Shown here piece by piece: positions 16,646-25,072 of a stretch of DNA of 36,463 bases (positions within the stretch are counted from its first letter, which is position 1; each line of letters begins with the position of its first letter). The stretch spans positions 1 through 36,463 of the IMG/VR virus record IMGVR_UViG_3300037046_000017; one strand, given 5' to 3'. Made by a program: the position numbers and the translations under genes. The DNA is from a virus (lineage: Duplodnaviria > Caudoviricetes). Below the pieces are notes generated by a model. It ran no database searches, was not told the origin of the DNA, and saw nothing but the letters and a program-made list of their open reading frames with translations.

Positions 16646-16676
16646 CTGTGAGTGCCGGCGCTTGGCCGGCGGTCGA

Positions 16677-17603
16677 TCAGTACGCCTGGATGTCCCGGCA
16701 GGCTGCCAGACCGCGCTCTTCACGGACCTCGAGCGCGTACTCGCTCTCGATCATGAAGTTGCGCGCCGAGCCGATGCGCGCCAGTTCCTGGGTCTGCATG
16801 TCGCGCAGCACCGCGATGGCCACCAGCGAGTCGTCCACCAGGTAGGCCTCGCGCGTGCGCTGCATCACCCGGTTGGGCACGATCTTGAAGTCGCCGAAGT
16901 CGCTGACGTAGATGTCATACGCCGCCTGCAGCTTCTTGTCCTCGCCCTTGATGAACTTCGTGCCGTTGCCGGTCCAGTTGGTGCTGATCGACTGCTTCAT
17001 GGCGGGGGCCACCATGAGCATGTCGACATCGCCGCCGTTCGCGAACGCGCCCAGCACGGCCGTGCGCAGCACCGCCTCGGTGAAGTTGCGCAGCGTGCCG
17101 TCCGTTGGGCCCGTGTTCGGGAATGCCGGAGGGGCACCGGCGTTGTTGCCCGGGTTGGTCACGCAGAAGCCGCGCAAGCCCTTGGTCTGCCGCGTCGCGC
17201 CCGTCGTGTACGTCGGGTTCTCGATGCAGGCCAGCTCCATGTCCTTGCGCAGTTCCTTGCCCTGCTTCACCTTCTGGTAGGTGATATCGGACTTGCGGCC
17301 GGCCGTCTTCACGCGCTCCTGGGTGTCGGAGATGCTGAAGGTCTTGCGGCTGATCTGCGTCTGGTTGGACAGGCGCACCGTCGGCGTGACGGCCGTGTAG
17401 GCGGCGTCAGCGCCTTCGGCCACGGCGTTGTTCGCGGGCGTGGCCAGCGTGTCGCGCTGCCACTCGTGGGTCACGGCCTCGGCCGCGACCTTTTCTATGC
17501 TGCTCAGCAGCGGGGTATCGGTCGGCGCGGTGTTCCAGATCATGTCGATCAGGTCTTCGCGGTTACCGATGGCGGCGGTGGTGAGAAATGCGTTGGCGGG
17601 CAT
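16677..17603 (-). CDS. Major capsid protein (SU10/DUF5309-like)
   Basis: IGNREDLIDMIWNTAPTDTP, HEWQRDTL, NQTQISRK, YVSDFG motifs; strong AAGGAGG RBS. Confidence 0.92.
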   Translation of the reverse strand: MPANAFLTTAAIGNREDLIDMIWNTAPTDTPLLSSIEKVAAEAVTHEWQRDTLATPANNAVAEGADAAYTAVTPTVRLSNQTQISRKTFSISDTQERVKTAGRKSDITYQKVKQGKELRKDMELACIENPTYTTGATRQTKGLRGFCVTNPGNNAGAPPAFPNTGPTDGTLRNFTEAVLRTAVLGAFANGGDVDMLMVAPAMKQSISTNWTGNGTKFIKGEDKKLQAAYDIYVSDFGDFKIVPNRVMQRTREAYLVDDSLVAIAVLRDMQTQELARIGSARNFMIESEYALEVREERGLAACRDIQAY

Positions 17604-17615
17604 GACGCCCTCCTT

Positions 17616-18935
17616 TCAAGTGTCGGTTGCTCTGAGGTAGCGGCGCACGTCCTGCAGGCTGCGCTTGCTGCGCATGAAGTCCTGCTTGGCGCGCGCCGCC
17701 TTCTGGCCCTTGCCTTGGTCGGCCGCGGCGGAATCGCTGCTCCTGACCTTGGGGGGCACGTTGGCAAGTCGCTGTTTCGTCGAGGCGCCGGCCTTCCCGT
17801 AGGCGGCCAGGCGCGCTTCGGCCTCGATCAGCCTGCCCAGCAGGTGCAGCATGCGGTGGTCGCCCACCGTGGCCACGTCCTGGGGGCTGAAGCCGCTCTT
17901 CGCGGCCACGGCCGAGGCCTCGGCCATGAAGCGCTGGCGGTTCTCGGGCCTGGCTAGGGCCGGCATGAAGCGCACCATGTGCTGAGCCTCCTGGGCCAGC
18001 ATCTGGTCGCGCTGCTGGGCCTGGGCCTGAGCCTGGGCCTGGCGCAGCTGCTGCGTGTGACCACCCAGGCCCTGCAGCTGAGCGACGCGCTGTTCGTACA
18101 GCGCCTTCTGGATGGTGTACTGCTGGATGTCGGTCTGCGCCAGCTCCAGCGGAGGCGGGCGGCCGATCATCTGCTGTGCCATCTGCACGATGACATCCTG
18201 CGCGTGCAGGGCCTGCTGCACCATGCTGTCGGCCTGCTGGGCGCGCTGCATGAGCACCTGGCGGGCCTGGGCCACCTCCTGGGTCTTCCGGGTGTGATCC
18301 GCCTTCAGGTCGGTCGACATCTTGGCCAGCGCCTCGCGCACGGCTTTCGGCGTCCCCTTGGGGATCGAAAGTTCGCGCCCATCGATCTGGATGGTCGAGG
18401 TGCTGTCGTCGTCGTCCGGCCCGTCGTCGGTCGTCACATCGCCGTCGTCGTCCTCGGAGTCATCGTCGGAGGCGCGGCGGGACTTCTTCTTCCCGCCGTC
18501 CTCGGTGTCTTCGTCGTCGTCATCGCTCTCGTCGGCATCTTCCGCCTTGGCGGTCTTCTTGGCCTTGGACTTGGCGTCGGGGGCGTTGCCCTCATCGAGG
18601 TCTTCATCCTCGTCGTCTGGGTCGTCCTCGCCCTCGGCTTCCTGGCGCAGCTGTTCCACGTCGGCGGCCGTCTTCTGGCGCTTTGCGGCAACGGCATCCT
18701 CGCGCTCTGCCTTCTCGGCCTTGCGCTGGGCGCGGCGCTCAGCGGCGCGGCGCTCGATCTCGGCAACGGCCTCGGCGACGGTGGCCACCTGCTCTTTGCG
18801 CTCGCCCAGTGGCGCGGCCGGGGCCGGGCTCGGGGCGGGCGGCGTCGGTGCGCCGCCGTCGTCCAGGTCGAAGGCCCAGCCGGTGGGCCAGTCCATCGCA
18901 GGAACGGCCTGCGTGGCGTCGCGGCGGGCCGTCAC
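17616..18935 (-). CDS. Scaffolding protein
   Basis: Acidic disordered N-half, ADHTRKTQEVA motif, coiled coil, directly upstream of capsid; GTG start assumed from GTGA overlap. Confidence 0.8.
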   Translation of the reverse strand: MTARRDATQAVPAMDWPTGWAFDLDDGGAPTPPAPSPAPAAPLGERKEQVATVAEAVAEIERRAAERRAQRKAEKAEREDAVAAKRQKTAADVEQLRQEAEGEDDPDDEDEDLDEGNAPDAKSKAKKTAKAEDADESDDDDEDTEDGGKKKSRRASDDDSEDDDGDVTTDDGPDDDDSTSTIQIDGRELSIPKGTPKAVREALAKMSTDLKADHTRKTQEVAQARQVLMQRAQQADSMVQQALHAQDVIVQMAQQMIGRPPPLELAQTDIQQYTIQKALYEQRVAQLQGLGGHTQQLRQAQAQAQAQQRDQMLAQEAQHMVRFMPALARPENRQRFMAEASAVAAKSGFSPQDVATVGDHRMLHLLGRLIEAEARLAAYGKAGASTKQRLANVPPKVRSSDSAAADQGKGQKAARAKQDFMRSKRSLQDVRRYLRATDT

Positions 18936-19330
18936 GCTGCCACCTCGTCGACCAGGTGCACGGTGCCATCGGTCGTCACCACGGCGTTCCGGTCTGCGCC
19001 AGCGACGACATGCGTCGTGGCGTCGCCGTGGGCCCACGATGCCGGGCACACGTCGTCTGTGCAGTGCAGCTGCGTCACCAATTGGCCGGCTTCGGAGAGC
19101 ACTTGCGCCAGCGCGGCGACGCGCGGCCAGCCGGGAACCTGCGCGGCGCTCACTGGCGCCCCACCGACTTCACCCGCTCCAGCCACGTGCGCTGCTGCTG
19201 CATCTGCACCCTCTGAAGCTGGCCGGTTTCCATCGTCCGCAGCAGGTGCCGGCGGAAGACCTGGGCGGCTTCCAGCATCAGCCGCATTTTTTCTCGGCCT
19301 TCCACGTCGCGCAGGGGTGATGTTTTCCAT
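18932..19330 (-). CDS. Hypothetical protein; long form has N-terminal AT-hook-like RRGRPRK (alternative GTG start at 19153)
   Basis: Fills the 18935-19150 gap with a coupled stop; ATG 19330 is preceded by GGAG. Confidence 0.55.
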   Translation of the reverse strand: MENITPARRGRPRKNAADAGSRPGLPPAPAADDGNRPASEGADAAAAHVAGAGEVGGAPVSAAQVPGWPRVAALAQVLSEAGQLVTQLHCTDDVCPASWAHGDATTHVVAGADRNAVVTTDGTVHLVDEVAA

Positions 19331-19458
19331 GATTCGGTGATCTCCGTTTCCCACGCCGCGAGCGCCTCGGCGATGAGTGGATTTTCGAGCGCGGCCGCGG
19401 CGTGCGATCCGCGCTCGAGCTCGACGTGAGCCGGCGTCGGCTCGATGGGGTTGCTCAT
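19150..19458 (-). CDS. Small helical head-assembly-region protein
   Basis: ERGSHAAAALENPLI...WKTSPLRDVEGRE...ETGQL pattern, of a type usually found just after portal genes. Confidence 0.8.
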   Translation of the reverse strand: MSNPIEPTPAHVELERGSHAAAALENPLIAEALAAWETEITESWKTSPLRDVEGREKMRLMLEAAQVFRRHLLRTMETGQLQRVQMQQQRTWLERVKSVGRQ

Positions 19459-21791
19459 AGGGAACCGATCCCGCTGTCTGCGTATGTCAGTTGGGGGCCC
19501 GCCGTGCCGTGCAGGGTGCCGATGCTGTCGAAGGTGTTCCCGTCGAGCTTGTAGCGGTGCTGCATGCCGGCCGGCACGATGCCGTTGCGGATGTAGTCGA
19601 TCACCATCTGCGTGGTGAGCGTGAAGCCCTTGCCGAACATGAAGTCGCCGAGGTCACACTGCGCGTTGGACCCTGAGCCGTCGCTGTTCGAGAAGAGGAA
19701 AAGCGCGCGGTCGGTGGCGCCGGTAGCAGCCAGAGCCGTGTAGCCGATGCGCCCCACCACCAGGCCGTCGACCCAGATCGTGGCGTGCTGCTTGTTGTCG
19801 GCCCCCAGCGCGGCGTTGAGCGTTCCGTCCCAGCACACCGCGATGTGGTGCGCATCGTTGACGTACATCTTCGTCGGGTCGGCTTCGAGGTTGCTCGGGT
19901 AGGTGAACGACGAGAGGTCGTGCGAGACATAGGCCGCGTTCAGCAGCTGGTAGAACTTGAAGCCCTCATTGCCCTGCAGCGTGGCCAGCCAGCCATTCAC
20001 GCCGTTGTCGCAGGCGAAGATGCGCGCGCCGGTGCTGAACGGCGCCGTCTTGCGGAACCAGAACATCCAGGCCATCTTCGAAGTGCTGGGCGTGGCCAGC
20101 GAGATGTCAGGATGGTTCGGGATCGACACGTGGGAGCCCACGACGCCCGTGCCGCGCCCCCACACCTTGGGCACCAGGAAGGCGCCAGGCTCAGGGTACG
20201 GGGCCGGCGGGGCAACGAAGCCGGCCGACAGCGACGCATTGACGTTGCGGATGATCGACATCACCGCGAGACGCTGGGTCTTCAGGTCGCTGGGTCCGGT
20301 GCCGCCGACGGCTGCCGTGACGTACCAGCTCCAGTCCGCCACGAGCTCGACGCCGGCGCTGAAGCACTTGTTGAACGAGTCCCGCGAGAGAAGTCCGACC
20401 TCGCGCCCGCTGTAGGCCGTCGCGTCGTCGTCTGCGCCGCACTCCTCGACCATCAGCACCTTGCCGGCCTGGTATGCAGCGTTGCGCAGGACGGGAATCA
20501 GCACGTCGGCGCCACCGATGTCGGCACCGATGAAGCAGTGAGCGAAGCCTGACCGGTCGGTGTCGGGGTAGAGGTGGAAAGCGACGATGTCGCAGGCGCC
20601 GGCAGAGTACAACCACTTGCGGACGAACTCCTGCAGCTGGCCGCCTTCGAAGCGGCCATTGGTGCCATGCGGCGCCACGACAGAGCGGTCGTTGTCCCAC
20701 TGGCGGATGGCCGCCACGATCTCGGTGCAGATGTCGGCCAGGAACTTGAGGTGGTCTACGGCGGTGTCCGTGGAGACCGTGGCGAACTGCGCCAGGCTGG
20801 CGATGTCGAACCACTCGTTTCCGACGTTGTACGCCGCCAGCGCCGGGTGCTTGTACAGGCTCTTGGCCAGGAATCCGGCCAGGTTGGTCATGTACGCGCG
20901 ACTGGCGGACCCCGGTGTCTGGTACTGCGCCACCGTCGCCGAAAGCACCGCGGGCACCGTGGCGTAACCCCAGAACATGCACAGCTCGACGCCCACGCCG
21001 TAGGCCCAGCAGGTATCCAGGAAAATGCGCAGGCTGGTCAGCAGGTTGGCGTTTGGCGCGGCACCGTTCGTGCCGATGGTGCTGGTCCACGTGGCCGCGT
21101 TGTTCGGGTGGCCGAGCGACACGCGGATGATCTTCACTCCATAGCTGGAGATGGTCGGCAAGTCCGTGTAGAACCAGGCGCGCTGCACCGTTCCGCCGGA
21201 TGTGTACGTCGTGAATGCCGTGGTGTTCACGGGCACGCCGGCCATCGTCTTCACCGTGAAGGTGGTGCCTGTCGGAGCGGTGTTGACGAGGTAGTAGCCG
21301 GCCAGCTGCGTCATGCCACCGATGCCGGCGATGTACACCGGATCGTTCACCGCCAGGCCGTGAGCCGCGCTCGTCGTGACGACACCAGGGTTGGCCTTGG
21401 TCACCGCCGTGACGCTGAAGGCCAGCAGGAAGTCGAAGAACAGGTCGACGGCGTTGATGAACACGCCGCGGTAGTCGCGGCCACCCACCAGCAGCCTGCC
21501 GTCCAGCGTCGTGATTTTGCGGCTGGCCAGCGCAGGCTGAGACGCGCGCGCAACACCCTGGGTCACGAGCGCCGGGTCCGTGGAAAACTCGTAGTAGAGG
21601 CCGCCGCGCACTGCGGTCAGCCGCACAGATCCGGCCTTCACGTCGAGCGCCACGCCACCGCCGGCGCCCTCCCAGAGCAGCGCTCCCGAGAAAGTGATGA
21701 GCGTGGCGTGCCCGCCTGCGTTCTGCACCACCAGCGTGGAATCAACCTGACTAATGAGGTCGACGAACTGTCCTTGCGTGAGGCTTGGCAT
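19455..21791 (-). CDS. Virion-associated glycoside hydrolase (GH5/clan GH-A-like) with inserted tail-type domain and C-terminal LamG/ConA-like domain
   Basis: GVKIIRV, YNVGNEW (acid/base), VAFHLYP, VLMVEECG (nucleophile), ADWSW; C-terminal HHIAVCWDG...IWVDG LamG pattern. Confidence 0.8.
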   Translation of the reverse strand: MPSLTQGQFVDLISQVDSTLVVQNAGGHATLITFSGALLWEGAGGGVALDVKAGSVRLTAVRGGLYYEFSTDPALVTQGVARASQPALASRKITTLDGRLLVGGRDYRGVFINAVDLFFDFLLAFSVTAVTKANPGVVTTSAAHGLAVNDPVYIAGIGGMTQLAGYYLVNTAPTGTTFTVKTMAGVPVNTTAFTTYTSGGTVQRAWFYTDLPTISSYGVKIIRVSLGHPNNAATWTSTIGTNGAAPNANLLTSLRIFLDTCWAYGVGVELCMFWGYATVPAVLSATVAQYQTPGSASRAYMTNLAGFLAKSLYKHPALAAYNVGNEWFDIASLAQFATVSTDTAVDHLKFLADICTEIVAAIRQWDNDRSVVAPHGTNGRFEGGQLQEFVRKWLYSAGACDIVAFHLYPDTDRSGFAHCFIGADIGGADVLIPVLRNAAYQAGKVLMVEECGADDDATAYSGREVGLLSRDSFNKCFSAGVELVADWSWYVTAAVGGTGPSDLKTQRLAVMSIIRNVNASLSAGFVAPPAPYPEPGAFLVPKVWGRGTGVVGSHVSIPNHPDISLATPSTSKMAWMFWFRKTAPFSTGARIFACDNGVNGWLATLQGNEGFKFYQLLNAAYVSHDLSSFTYPSNLEADPTKMYVNDAHHIAVCWDGTLNAALGADNKQHATIWVDGLVVGRIGYTALAATGATDRALFLFSNSDGSGSNAQCDLGDFMFGKGFTLTTQMVIDYIRNGIVPAGMQHRYKLDGNTFDSIGTLHGTAGPQLTYADSGIGSL

Positions 21792-24199
21792 CAGACGAGC
21801 CCTCCCTGCTGCTGCGAGAAGGCTCCCGCCACGCGGTTGATCTGCGCGATCACCTCATCGAGCTGCCGCGGGTCTGCGCCGGCCACCGCGGGCCCGGTCT
21901 GGTCGAGCATGGTGCCGTTGACGACGTTCGGGCCGATGGTGCCGCTGCGCGCGGAGATGACGCCCGCGGCCAGGCTCAGCAGTTCGCGCTGCATCTCGGC
22001 GCGCTGCTTGTCCTGCGCCATCGCGCGATCGTGCTGGCGCTGGCGATCTGCCTCGGACGCCGCGGCCTGGGCCTTCTGCTGCTCGTTGCCCGTCTGTGCC
22101 TGGAATTTCTGCTGGTCGGCCTTGATCTTCTCCTGCTCGATCAGGAGCGGCAGCGGTGGCTGCGGTGGCTGCGGCGGCATGGCGTCGGGGAAGTACTTCT
22201 CCGGCTCGCCCAGACCCAGCGCGTCGACGAAGCCGCGGCCGGACTCGATGACGGCCTGCGGGCTGATGATCCCCTGCTGCAGCAGCGGCTGTTGCATTCC
22301 GTTGATGGTCTGCAGCGCGACGGCCTTTTTGTCCTTGCTGCCCGTGCCCAGGCCGACATCGACCTCGACCTCGTAGCCCTCGGCCCACTCGCGCGGGTCG
22401 ACCTCGACCCACTGGCCCAGCAGCTCGACGACCTCGGGCATGTTCTGGTAGCGGCCCATGCACTTGAGCATCTTGCGGAACATGCGCTCGACGCTGGCGG
22501 CGGCCACGCGAGCGATCAGCTCGACGCGCTGGTCGGCCTTCTCGGTGATGATGTTCACACCGGTGGCTGTCGGGTTCAGCGCGTCCGGGCTCATGCCCTG
22601 GCTGTAGCGCGTGTGGCCGGTGCGGCGCTCTCGCCACTGCTCGCCCCATTCGACCATCTTCCAGGCGCCGGGGTCCAGCGGTGACTGCACGATGGGCGCC
22701 ATCGCGTTGAGGTTCTTCACGCGCACCACGCCGCCCGGCCGGCTGTTGGTCAGGTCGTCGAGGTTGACCTGCCCGTCGATCACCTGCGTGCGCTGGTTGA
22801 CGGCGAGGTAGACGTTGTCCATCAGGCCGCGCAGCAACGAGGTGTTCAGCCGCTGCGGCTCGATGGCGAAGTCGGCCGGGCACTGTCCGAAGAAGACATG
22901 CGGCTCAGGGTTCGGGCACAGCTCCACGTACGGGTGGTCGTCGGCCTTCTCGTCGGACATCACCTTGTCGCCGACCATGATGACGTGGCGCCACTCGGCC
23001 ACGCCGTCCATGTCCTGATCGAGCTTGATGTACACGTCGGCGCGCTCGTACAACGAAAACTCGCCCGTGTCGTCGCCGAACTGGTCGCCGCCCTGCATCT
23101 GCTGGCGCTCGGACTCCTCCATCGAGGACCACGGCAGACCGTCGCCCACGTTGGTCAGGTCGAAGCCCTCTTCCTCGAGCTCGTACTTGAAGGCCGGGCG
23201 CACCTCGGCGATGAAGGGCGGCGGCTTGCCGTATTTGGCGCGGCGGTGCACGCGCATGTACTCCGGCGCGATGGTCTCGACGACGCAGCGGCCAACGCTG
23301 TTCGTGCGCTGGATGGTGATGTCGTAGACCATGACTTCGATGGTCTGCTCGGGGGCCATCCCGGGCCCGGCCGGCGCGGGTCCCTGCAGTCCAGGCACCG
23401 GCATCGCTCCCGCAGAGGAAGGCGGACCAGGCGGCCCGGCCGGCGGCGCCTGCGGTGGCATCTGCTGGCCACCCTGCGGCGGCCCTGGCGGCGCACCGGG
23501 CGGCATGCCGGGGGGGGGCTGGCCAGGCGCAGGTGCTGACGGCATGGCGCCTGGCGGTTGAGCCGGCGACTCCATCTCCACGCGGACGGTCCGGGGGCTG
23601 GCCGCGAGGATCTTGACCCCGGGCTCGCTGGCCAAGGCCTCCACCTGGCTGGGAAGCAGCCCTTCGTAGGTCTCCTCGGTGTCCTCGACCGTCGAATCCC
23701 AGTAGACCTTCACGAAGCCCACGCGCTGGATCAGCGCCACCTTCAGCCACTCGTACAGCAGCATGAAGCCGCCGTTGCGCTTCCAGAAGTGATGTCGCAG
23801 GTACTCCGCTGCCAGCTTGGCCGCCGGCGCGTACTTCGGGCGCCGCGGTGTGCAGCTCAGCGCGTCCTTGCTCTGCGCGAACACGCGCACCAGCGCCGGC
23901 AGCATCCACTCGACGGTATCCGGCACGTCGGTGGCCACGATCTGGCTTCGGTCTGGCGTGACCGGCGGCGCCAGCTCGCCCGTCGCCTGAGCCCGGTAGA
24001 ACTGCAGGTTGCGCAGCCGGATCGCAGCGATGTCCGATTCCGGCCCGCCAAGGCTCTGGCCGATCTCTCGGTTGATGCGCGTGGCCAACTCTTCATTGGT
24101 GTAGCGCTTCGGCGGCTGCTCAGGGTCCTGCGTCAGCAACGGCCCCGCCGGCTCCATCTGCATCTGTGCCTGGTGCAGCTTGCGTGAGTAAGCGTCCAT
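21791..24199 (-). CDS. Portal protein (P22/SU10-like)
   Basis: RSQIVATDVPDTVEWMLP, GFVKVYW, SRPGGVVRVK, VDVGLG motifs; long C-terminal helical region. Confidence 0.92.
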   Translation of the reverse strand: MDAYSRKLHQAQMQMEPAGPLLTQDPEQPPKRYTNEELATRINREIGQSLGGPESDIAAIRLRNLQFYRAQATGELAPPVTPDRSQIVATDVPDTVEWMLPALVRVFAQSKDALSCTPRRPKYAPAAKLAAEYLRHHFWKRNGGFMLLYEWLKVALIQRVGFVKVYWDSTVEDTEETYEGLLPSQVEALASEPGVKILAASPRTVRVEMESPAQPPGAMPSAPAPGQPPPGMPPGAPPGPPQGGQQMPPQAPPAGPPGPPSSAGAMPVPGLQGPAPAGPGMAPEQTIEVMVYDITIQRTNSVGRCVVETIAPEYMRVHRRAKYGKPPPFIAEVRPAFKYELEEEGFDLTNVGDGLPWSSMEESERQQMQGGDQFGDDTGEFSLYERADVYIKLDQDMDGVAEWRHVIMVGDKVMSDEKADDHPYVELCPNPEPHVFFGQCPADFAIEPQRLNTSLLRGLMDNVYLAVNQRTQVIDGQVNLDDLTNSRPGGVVRVKNLNAMAPIVQSPLDPGAWKMVEWGEQWRERRTGHTRYSQGMSPDALNPTATGVNIITEKADQRVELIARVAAASVERMFRKMLKCMGRYQNMPEVVELLGQWVEVDPREWAEGYEVEVDVGLGTGSKDKKAVALQTINGMQQPLLQQGIISPQAVIESGRGFVDALGLGEPEKYFPDAMPPQPPQPPLPLLIEQEKIKADQQKFQAQTGNEQQKAQAAASEADRQRQHDRAMAQDKQRAEMQRELLSLAAGVISARSGTIGPNVVNGTMLDQTGPAVAGADPRQLDEVIAQINRVAGAFSQQQGGLV

Positions 24200-24311
24200 C
24201 GTGTCCTGTTGGTGCGAGTGCCCGCCGCTGTTCGGCGCCGGGAGCCGACGGCGCCGGGCTTGTCCAGCGTCACTCGCTGCGGCCCATCAGCCGGTGGGAT
24301 TCGCTTGCCGG

Positions 24312-24348
24312 AACGAAAACGGCCCCCGGGGTTAGCGGGGGCCGTTCG
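24312..24348 (-). terminator. Intrinsic terminator in late leader (tR'-like)
   Basis: AACGGCCCCCG/CGGGGGCCGTT stem followed on - strand by TTCGTT. Confidence 0.8.
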
Positions 24349-24415
24349 TCTGCCTTGAGGCGACTCGGCCTGCCGATCGGCATGCCAGTCACTGTGTCCT
24401 ACACAGGCGGGGCGA

Positions 24416-24445
24416 ATAGTGCCACAAAAGTAGGCACCAGTTCAA
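24416..24445 (-). promoter_or_regulatory. Putative late promoter (pR'-like)
   Basis: TTGAAC-18-CACTAT with TG extension; GTGCC...GGCAC inverted repeat in spacer; downstream of Q-like gene, upstream of terminator. Confidence 0.5.
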
Positions 24446-24449
24446 GGTG

Positions 24450-24674
24450 TCACCGCGGCGGCCCGATCCAGCAGTGCTTTTGCTCCGCCTCGGCCAGCTC
24501 GGCATTGCGCGCGGCCAGCAGCGCCTCGAACCCTTCCGGCCCGCGCAGCGTCGACAGGTCGACGTGCGTCAGCGGCATGCGGCCGCACGGCGCTTGGGGC
24601 GGTGCCGGCGGCTCTGTAGGAGTCGAAGCGCAAGCGCACAGCGCCAGCGCAGCGATGGAGATCGGCGACTTCAT
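24450..24674 (-). CDS. Small Pro-rich lipoprotein
   Basis: MKSPISIAALALCA-C lipobox-like signal; ATGA coupling to the Q-like gene. Confidence 0.7.
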   Translation of the reverse strand: MKSPISIAALALCACASTPTEPPAPPQAPCGRMPLTHVDLSTLRGPEGFEALLAARNAELAEAEQKHCWIGPPR

Positions 24675-25072
24675 GATGCAGCCCTTCGAATGGCCTGGTA
24701 CAGGTTCCACCACATGCGCAGGCCACGCAGATGGCGATCGACGGAAAGGCTCGGAGGTATCTGGTGCAGCCGCAGCTGAGCGCCGATCGAGAAGCGGCGC
24801 GGTACGTAGAGCACCGACAGCACCACGCGCTCGGGCTCGGGTACGCGCGCCAGGGCACGCTGCGCGGCCAGGCGCTGCTCTTGCGACAGCGCGGCGCACC
24901 CAGCCTCTCGGCGGGCCTGCAGCACTTCGCCGGCGCCCGGCCTGTAGTCGCCCTCGGCGCTGCCGCAGGTGCGCGCGCCACGCCCGAATCCGGCCGCCCA
25001 GCGCCCGTACAGCGTCAACGTGTGGTCGGCCTCGAAGAGGTCAGGCGGGATCTGTGCAGCGAAGTCGCGCAT
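24671..25072 (-). CDS. Late antiterminator Q-like protein
   Basis: LTLYGRWA...GSAEGDYR...AQRALARVPEPERVVLSVLYV followed by HTH-like end; sits upstream of a promoter-terminator leader. Confidence 0.65.
   Translation of the reverse strand: MRDFAAQIPPDLFEADHTLTLYGRWAAGFGRGARTCGSAEGDYRPGAGEVLQARREAGCAALSQEQRLAAQRALARVPEPERVVLSVLYVPRRFSIGAQLRLHQIPPSLSVDRHLRGLRMWWNLYQAIRRAAS

Noticed and set aside
23510-23518. G9 tract as a phase-variation switch
   Set aside because: Encodes Pro codons in an essential portal gene; slippage would simply truncate it
24392-24406. SOS box
   Set aside because: CTGT-N7-ACAG is one base short of the N8 consensus; better read as an RNA hairpin
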